64,000 nt of DNA from the NCBI GenBank assembly GCA_964016885.1, contig OZ024762.1:620001-684000 (forward strand). Reading direction: 5' to 3'. Positions within the stretch are counted from its first letter, which is position 1. Every line of letters begins with the position of its first letter. This document shows, in pieces, positions 56,809-64,000 of this stretch. Made by a program: the position numbers and the translations under genes. The notes under the pieces are model-generated. The model searched no databases, was not told where the DNA came from, and saw only the letters and a list, made by a program, of their open reading frames with translations. This DNA comes from Eledone cirrhosa. Lineage: Eukaryota.

Positions 56809-57028
56809 GGAAGAAGGGTCGCTGTCCACTAAGATGGATGCTGTTGGTGTTTAGTTAAATAATAAAGGTTTCTGATTTAGTTAGGTACAAGGCCAACAAT
56901 TTTTTTTCCGTGGGGGAGGGGTAAAGTTGATTGACTCGCCCCCAGTGTATTACTGGTACTTTATTTTATTTTAGTTTAATAATAACAGTGAAACAAAAGT
57001 AAAATACTGATATAAAAGGTCTAAATAC

Positions 57029-57131
57029 CTGTATTTCCATTAGGTTCTCCATTGCCATTTATTTTAATTAAAGGAGAAGCAGAACTACTTAAGTTTAGCA
57101 CCTGGGAACCAGTTTCAGTCGGGTCTAAAGC
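57029..57131 (-). CDS. SLC20A1: SLC20/PiT 103-nt exon (cytoplasmic loop)
   Basis: ctacag|GCT...ACA G|gtattt; [34 protein letters not shown]; phase 0 to 1. Confidence 0.75.
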
Positions 57132-57320
57132 CTGTAGAGAAAAGAAATTATATATATATGTGTGTATAAATATATATATATGTGTATAAATATATATATG
57201 TGTGTATAAATATATATATATGTGTGTATATATATTTATATATATATGTGTGTGTATAAATATATATTTATATATATTTATATATATAAATATATATATA
57301 TATATTTATATATATATACA

Positions 57321-57592
57321 TGGAGGCACATGGCTTAGTGGCTAGAGCATTGGCCTTGCAATCGAAAGGTTGTGAGTTCAATTATCAAACCAGGTGATGT
57401 GTTGTTTCCTTGAGCAAGACACTTTATTTCACATTGCTGCAGTTTACTCAGCTGTAGAAAAAGCACCCAGTACTCTCACTGTAAATGAGGTTGGTGTTAG
57501 GAAGGGCATCCAGCTGTAGAAATCAAGCCAGAATCAGTTCCCGTCCCACCCTTGCAAGCAGGGAAAAGCAGACGTAAAATGATGATGATGAT
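57321..57592 (+). mobile_element. tRNA-derived SINE (family A) with an internal deletion
   Basis: Head and tail match 31481-31814. Confidence 0.85.
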
Positions 57593-58172
57593 ATACAAAT
57601 ATATATATATATATATCACACACAAATATATATATATATACACAAATATATATATATATACTAATATATATTTATATATATATACAAATATATATATATA
57701 TATATATACACACGCATTTAAGTTTAGTGGTTCACCAATTGATATAACTGGTCATTCTGTATAGTTAATCATGATGTAATAGTAAGTAAAGTACCCTACG
57801 CTACGTAATTCATCCATCTTTGATGTTGAGTCCTGTGGTTGGTGAGGGAATGGAGTTAATTATTGGTTTGATTAAAATAACAGGAGGCAGTTCCTTTAAA
57901 GTTTTATAGTTACAGGTGATGTTCCTTTAAAGTTTTATAGTTACAAAATCACTATATTTCAATAACCTGGTTACGTAAGATCCTGACAACATCATCAGGT
58001 GTGGATTGCATAATTAGTTAATCAATAAAGGAATTATGGCAAACACATAGAAAACTATAAATTCTGTCCATAAATCATTTACATAAAGTTTATGCTTGAT
58101 GAATTAGTATTAATTAGTAATTAAAAGAAATAACTAATGATTAATAAAATATATAAAATGCCACCAACTTAC

Positions 58173-58213
58173 AGTACAGTTTCTGTTTTCTACTACACCG
58201 CCATTTTCAATAT
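58173..58213 (-). CDS. SLC20A1: SLC20/PiT 41-nt exon (cytoplasmic loop)
   Basis: catcag|AT...ACT|gtaagt; (D)IENGGVVENRNCT; phase 1 to 0. Confidence 0.7.
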
Positions 58214-58317
58214 CTGATGAAGAATAGAAAACACATGGTCTCATAAATAAGGGCTTATCTTCATATTAATATATATGTTTATATATATATATATATAGGA
58301 AAAGAGTCAGGACCTCT

Positions 58318-59278
58318 CTATATATATATATGTATGTATATTCTTTCTCTTTATATATATGTATGTATATTTTCTCTCTCTATATATGTATGTATATTTT
58401 CTCTATATATATATATGTATGTATATTTTCTCTCTCTATATATATGTATGTATATTTTTCTCTCTCTATATATATGTATGTATATTTTTTCTCTCTATAT
58501 ATGTATGTATATTTTCTCTCTCTATATATATATGTATATTTTCTCTCTCTATATATATATGTATGTATATTTTCTCTCTATATATATATGTATGTATATT
58601 TTCTCTCTATATATGTATGTATATTTTCTCTCTCTATATATATGTATGTATATTTTCTCTCTATATATGTATGTATATTTTCTCTCTCTCTCTATATATG
58701 TATGTATATTTTCTCTCTCTATATATATATGTATGTATATTTTCTCTCTCTCTATATATATGTATGTATATTTTCTCTCTCTATATATATATGTATGTAT
58801 ATTTTCTCTCTCTCTATATATATGTATGTATATTTTCTCTCTCTCTCTATATATGTATGTATATTTTCTCTCTCTCTATATATATGTATGTATATTTTCT
58901 CTCTATATATGTATGTATATTTTCTCTCTCTCTCTATATATGTATGTATATTTTCTCTCTCTCTCTATATATGTATGTATATTTTCTCTCTCTCTCTATA
59001 TATGTATGTATATTTTCTCTCTCTCTATATATATGTATGTATATTTTCTCTCTCTCTATATATATGTATGTATATTTTCTCTCTATATATGTATGTATAT
59101 TTTCTCTCTCTCTCTATATATGTATGTATATTTTCTCTCTCTCTATATATATGTATGTATATTTTCTCTCTCTCTATATGTATGTATATTTTCTCTCTCT
59201 CTCTATATATGTATGTATATTTTCTCTCTCTATATATATGTATGTATATTTTTTCTCTCTATATATATATGTATGTAT

Positions 59279-59321
<43 letters not shown>

Positions 59322-59325
59322 ATGT
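58318..59325. repeat. ~1-kb array of compound ~26-32-bp units ATGTATGTATATTTT(CT)n(AT)n
   Basis: Direct inspection. Confidence 0.95.
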
Positions 59326-59527
59326 GAATGAAGTAATTCCGTCGGAAAGGTCCAGGAAATATTCCTGAAAACTGTAGAGTGCTCAACTAATCGGGCTGGA
59401 AGGTGCCAATCGTATGTAATATAGAATATGCTTCAATCAATCCCGGTTGGAGCTGTATCAATGAAGTAATACATATATATGTGTGTGTGTGTGTGCATGT
59501 GTAGAAAGATGAATATGTTGTTCTCAC

Positions 59528-59617
59528 CTGCTTTTATTGCAATACTGTTCCCATTCTCAGAAATACCTGGATCAGGAATGTATGAGACACATTTGATTCT
59601 GTTCTCATCAGCATGCA
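59528..59617 (-). CDS. SLC20A1: SLC20/PiT 90-nt exon (cytoplasmic loop); N-terminal exons presumably beyond the window end
   Basis: tttcag|TG...GCA G|gtgaga; HADENRIKCVSYIPDPGISENGNSIAIKA; phase 1 to 1. Confidence 0.7.
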
Positions 59618-59640
59618 CTGAAAATATTAATACATATAAG

Positions 59641-59732
<92 letters not shown>

Positions 59733-59933
59733 AAATTTTGTTTCCATTTTCACCCTGCCCATCACCTCAATCTTTCTATTTCTTCTTTAACTTCTCATTC
59801 TATTTTCTGATGAAGGACTAGCATCCGAATCATTAAGATATCTTTTCCTACTATATCAAGCATAAAACTAATATATTTCAGCATTGTACTGTGACGTTTG
59901 CTTTTTGCATATATATATATATATTTATATATG

Positions 59934-60236
59934 TCATCATCATCATCATCATTTTACGTCCGCTCTTCCCTGCTTGCAAGGGTGGGACGGGTCTTATTCA
60001 GCACAGCATCTCTCCACTCGTCACGGTCGTTCGTCATCTCCACCGTGAGCTTCAGCGATCTGAGGTCTGTTCTCACCACCTCCGCCCATGTTTTTCGTGG
60101 TCTACCTCTACCACGTCTTCCTTCAACTGGCATTTCCTGGCACTTCTTCACCCATCGGTCATCCTCCATGCACATCACATGTCCATACCACCGCAGTCTC
60201 CTCTCCCATACACTACATTCTATCCCTCTCAGACAT
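59934..60236 (-). mobile_element. RTE family 1 3' fragment
   Basis: Nearly identical to 32006-32307. Confidence 0.88.
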
Positions 60237-60473
60237 ATATATATATATATGTTCATACACAGAACAAAAGCACTACCTAAGGTTTCAAGGACCAATATTG
60301 ATACCTGGTCTCCAGAATGTAAGGGGGATTAAAATTGTGACCCAATCTTCAAGCACACACTCACTGATACACAGTGTATGTGATTCAATAAATATATATC
60401 TAGCTGCCGAAACAGCCGGAGCTCAGCCGTCGGGGTCCTGACTCTTTTCCTATATATATATATATATATATAC

Positions 60474-60517
<44 letters not shown>

Positions 60518-60582
60518 TATATCAACAGTTGACACAAAATTCTTCACGCGCAGATCCACGGCTTTTTGAGACCAACAGATGC

Positions 60583-60653
<71 letters not shown>

Positions 60654-60682
60654 ATATTTATATATGTGTATGTACACATATA

Positions 60683-60820
<138 letters not shown>

Positions 60821-61047
60821 CATATATATATGTATATATATATATATGTAGATAAATCTACCAAGAGTTTACGGTAGTGTCCAATCCGTATGAAGAACTC
60901 AATGTAATCCGGATATCATGGAAAGAAGACATGCAATGAAAAATCACTTTCGGTGAAAGATAAACGGAATACAGAGTCAAGATAAAATATTAAAAAAATA
61001 ATGAATAAAACAATGAAACAGTTCCTTATATTAAACAAAAAAAGTTC

Positions 61048-61195
61048 ATTATTTAACGATCGTTTCTAGGATATATATGTGTTAGAATTGGCATGTATAT
61101 TTAACAGATCTATGTACAAAATTATACAAAATTATACAAACTATCAAAATTAAATATACATACCAACTCATATATATGCCGTCTTCAGAAATAAT
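61048..61195 (-). ncRNA. Type I hammerhead motif with very long stem II (left arm of palindrome)
   Basis: Minus strand: ATTATTT-CTGAAGA-CGGCATATATATG...CATATATATCCTA-GAA-ACGATCGT-T-AAATAAT. Confidence 0.68.
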
Positions 61196-61196
61196 T

Positions 61197-61344
61197 ATTA
61201 TTTCTGAAGACGGCATATATATGAGTTGGTATGTATATTTAATTTTGATAGTTTGTATAATTTTGTATAATTTTGTACATAGATCTGTTAAATATACATG
61301 CCAATTCTAACACATATATATCCCAGAAACGATCGTTAAATAAT
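61197..61344 (+). ncRNA. Type I hammerhead motif with very long stem II (right arm of palindrome)
   Basis: ATTATTT-CTGAAGA 61204-61210; stem II GTTGGTATGTATATTTAA/TTAAATATACATGCCAAT; GAA-ACGATCGT-T-AAATAAT. Confidence 0.68.
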
Positions 61345-61433
61345 GAACTTTTTTTGTTTAATATAAGGAACTGTTTCATTGTTTTATTCATTATTTTTTT
61401 AATATTTTATATGTATATATATATATATACATA

Positions 61434-61502
<69 letters not shown>

Positions 61503-62635
61503 GTGTGTGTGTGTGTATGTATAAGTGCTTCTATGAATTATAAGATTAATCTAACAGCAAAACAAGCAGCTGCATCTTATGAGAGACAATGTCAATAAAT
61601 GGCTTAATGGAATATAGGTTGGCTATAACAGCAACAACAACAACAACAGCAGCAGCTGCTGTGTCATTGCTATTGACAGTAACAACAGCAACATTTTAAA
61701 AACAATAACAACTGCAATAATATCTACAACAACAATAACAACAGTTAAAACAGCAATAACAATAACAACAACAAAAGTAATAATTGTTTCTAGTATAGGC
61801 ACAAGGCCAGCAGTTTTAAGAGGAGGGGAAAGTCTATTAAATCGTTCCCCAGTGTATCACTGGTACTTTATTTTATCGACTCCGTAAAGGATGAAAGGCA
61901 AAGTTAACCTCGGCAGGATTTGAACTCAGAACGTAAAGGGACGTAACTCTATGGCAGAAAGCATGGTGTCTGACGCTCTACCAATTCTACTGCCAATAGC
62001 AATAACAACAACAACAACAACAGCAAATTAATACAAGTAAAAAAGTAAATAAAAACAGAAATTGAAATTAAAAAGAAATAAAATATAATTATAATTATCG
62101 ATACTGATAATTATAATTATTTGTAGTGATAATTATATTTAAAATCAATAAAATGAATAAATAAACAAAAATTAAATTAAAATGGTACTGTATGTTTTAG
62201 TAGTAGTAGTAGTAGTAATGGTTGTGGTAGTAGTAGTGGTGGTATTGTTGTTAGTGGTGGTGGTCATGGTAGTAGTGGTAGTTATATTATCATTATTATT
62301 AGTAGTAGTAGTAGTGGAGGTAGTAGTAGTAGTAGTGGTAGTAGTAGTAGTGGTAGTGGTAGTAGTAGTAGTGGTAGTTATAGTGGTAGTTGCAATCTAC
62401 ATTGTTATCCATTTATGGAAGTATAAACATAAAAAACATTAAAAAAATAAATAAATAAATAAATAAATCGATCAAGCCCCCCCCCCCCTCCCCAAAAAAA
62501 TCAATCAAACCAAAACAATATATAAATAAATAAATAAATATATAATTAAAACAGAAAGTCAATCATGCAAAGAATCGTTAGTTAACGAGGAATTTATTAA
62601 AGCTGACAAGACAGACAGACAGACACATGCAGTAT

Positions 62636-63042
62636 TCACCATCATCATCATCACCACCATCACCATCATCACCGCCATCATCATCATCACCACCATCACC
62701 ATCATCACCGCCATCATCACCACCATCATCATCATCACCACCATCACCAACATCACCAACATCACCACCATCACCGCCATCATCACCACCATCATCACCA
62801 CCATCACCACCATCATCATCATCACCACCATCACCACCACCATCATCACCGCCATCATCACCATCACCACCATCATCACCACCATCACCGCCATCATCAC
62901 CACCATCATCACCATCATCACCGCCATCACCACCACCATCACCAACATCATCATCATCACCATCACCATCATCACCGCCGCCATCATCACCACCATCACC
63001 AACATCACCGCCATCACCACCACACCATCATCATCACCATCA
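62636..63042. repeat. (CAT/CAC)n trinucleotide microsatellite
   Basis: Direct inspection. Confidence 0.93.
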
Positions 63043-63095
63043 TCTCACTGAGGGTTGTTGTTCAGAGATCATACAGACATATATATAAATATATA

Positions 63096-63296
63096 TCATC
63101 ATCATCATCATCATCATCATCATACGTCCACTTTTCCCTGCAAGGGTGGGACGGGTCCTCTTCAGCGCAGCATCTCTCCACTTGTCAAGGTCCTTCGTCA
63201 TCTCCTCCGTGAGTTTCACCAATCTGAGGTCACCTCTCACCACCTCCGCCCATCTTTTTCGTGGTCTTCCTCTACTGCATCTTCCTTCCACTGGGA
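63096..63296 (-). mobile_element. RTE family 1 short 3' fragment
   Basis: PVEGRCSRGRPRKRWAEVVRGDL; (GAT)n tail. Confidence 0.82.
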
Positions 63297-63494
63297 TATA
63301 TATATATATACCCACAAACACACATATACATATACACATGTGCACATACACATACACACACACATATATATGCACCCACACACTGACACATACATATACA
63401 CATATACATACATACCCACATATACATATATATATATATATATATACACTCACACATTCATTCTATATTAAACACAAATATATATATAGATATG

Positions 63495-63555
<61 letters not shown>

Positions 63556-63675
63556 GAGGTGAGTTTTATTGTAGTACAATAAAGCAATGCAAATATCGGA
63601 TAAGAAGCACTCTACAGTTTGTAGGACTGGAGTATAAATAATATAAGATCAAAAGATGGTTAAAAGAGTTCCAAG

Positions 63676-63746
63676 TATTTTATTATGCGCATTTCAAAAA
63701 CAAATATCATAATGTGATGACATTTGCGTTCTCATCAGATAAAATA
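63676..63746 (-). ncRNA. Type I hammerhead motif (AUA triplet) in inverted-repeat cassette 63642-63818
   Basis: Minus strand: TATTTTAT-CTGATGA-GAAC GCAAATGTCAT..ATGATATTTGT TTTT-GAA-ATGCGCAT-A-ATAAAATA. Confidence 0.8.
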
Positions 63747-63813
63747 GGGATACATATTTGTTTTTGAAATGCACATAATAAAATACTTGGAACTCTTTTA
63801 ACCATCTTTTAGT

Positions 63814-63886
<73 letters not shown>

Positions 63887-64000
63887 CAATTAAAGTTTCT
63901 TTTTAAAAGATTATTTAAATATATTTAAATATATTAGAAGCAGTTTATCTAAATAAAGCATGGGAGGGGGGGAAGGAAGGAGGAGGTGGAGGAAGGAAAA

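Noticed and set aside
58214-58235. CTGATGA...GAAA hammerhead-like string
   Set aside because: No stem II or III; it is the reverse complement of the SLC20 acceptor and its pyrimidine tract
58330-59368. Hydrophobic 320-340-aa membrane-protein-like ORFs
   Set aside because: A compound (CT)n/(AT)n tandem array open in all three plus-strand frames
62559-63088. Pro/Ser-rich extensin-like and Met/Val-rich ORFs
   Set aside because: (CAT/CAC)n microsatellite translation

Overview
AT-rich, microsatellite-dense eukaryotic DNA, most likely a coleoid cephalopod such as octopus (inferred from repeat content, not provable here). Four spliced genes can be rebuilt by hand with GT-AG junctions and consistent phases: (1) the last 4 coding exons of an OATP/SLCO transporter (+, 987-6593); (2) a complete 7-exon phosphomannomutase (-, 17789-8958, 250 aa); (3) a complete 7-exon, strongly divergent Rab22/Rab31-like GTPase (+, 25587-44522, 202 aa) with an altered G2 position, altered switch II and a CaaX end; (4) the last 6 coding exons of an SLC20/PiT phosphate transporter (-, 59617-53568). 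The rest is RTE and CR1 LINE fragments, tRNA-derived SINEs, hAT/Tc1/pogo MITEs and many micro/minisatellites; nearly all long ORFs in the track are repeat artefacts. The most striking unannotated signal is about 15 type I hammerhead-ribozyme motifs from several sequence families, with family-specific palindromic stem III, mostly inside (TA)n-flanked cassettes that often form inverted repeats. Many cassettes also carry a covarying hairpin with a 2-nt bulge. This looks like a diverse system of non-autonomous Penelope-like/retrozyme elements; all structures were folded by eye and activity is untested.
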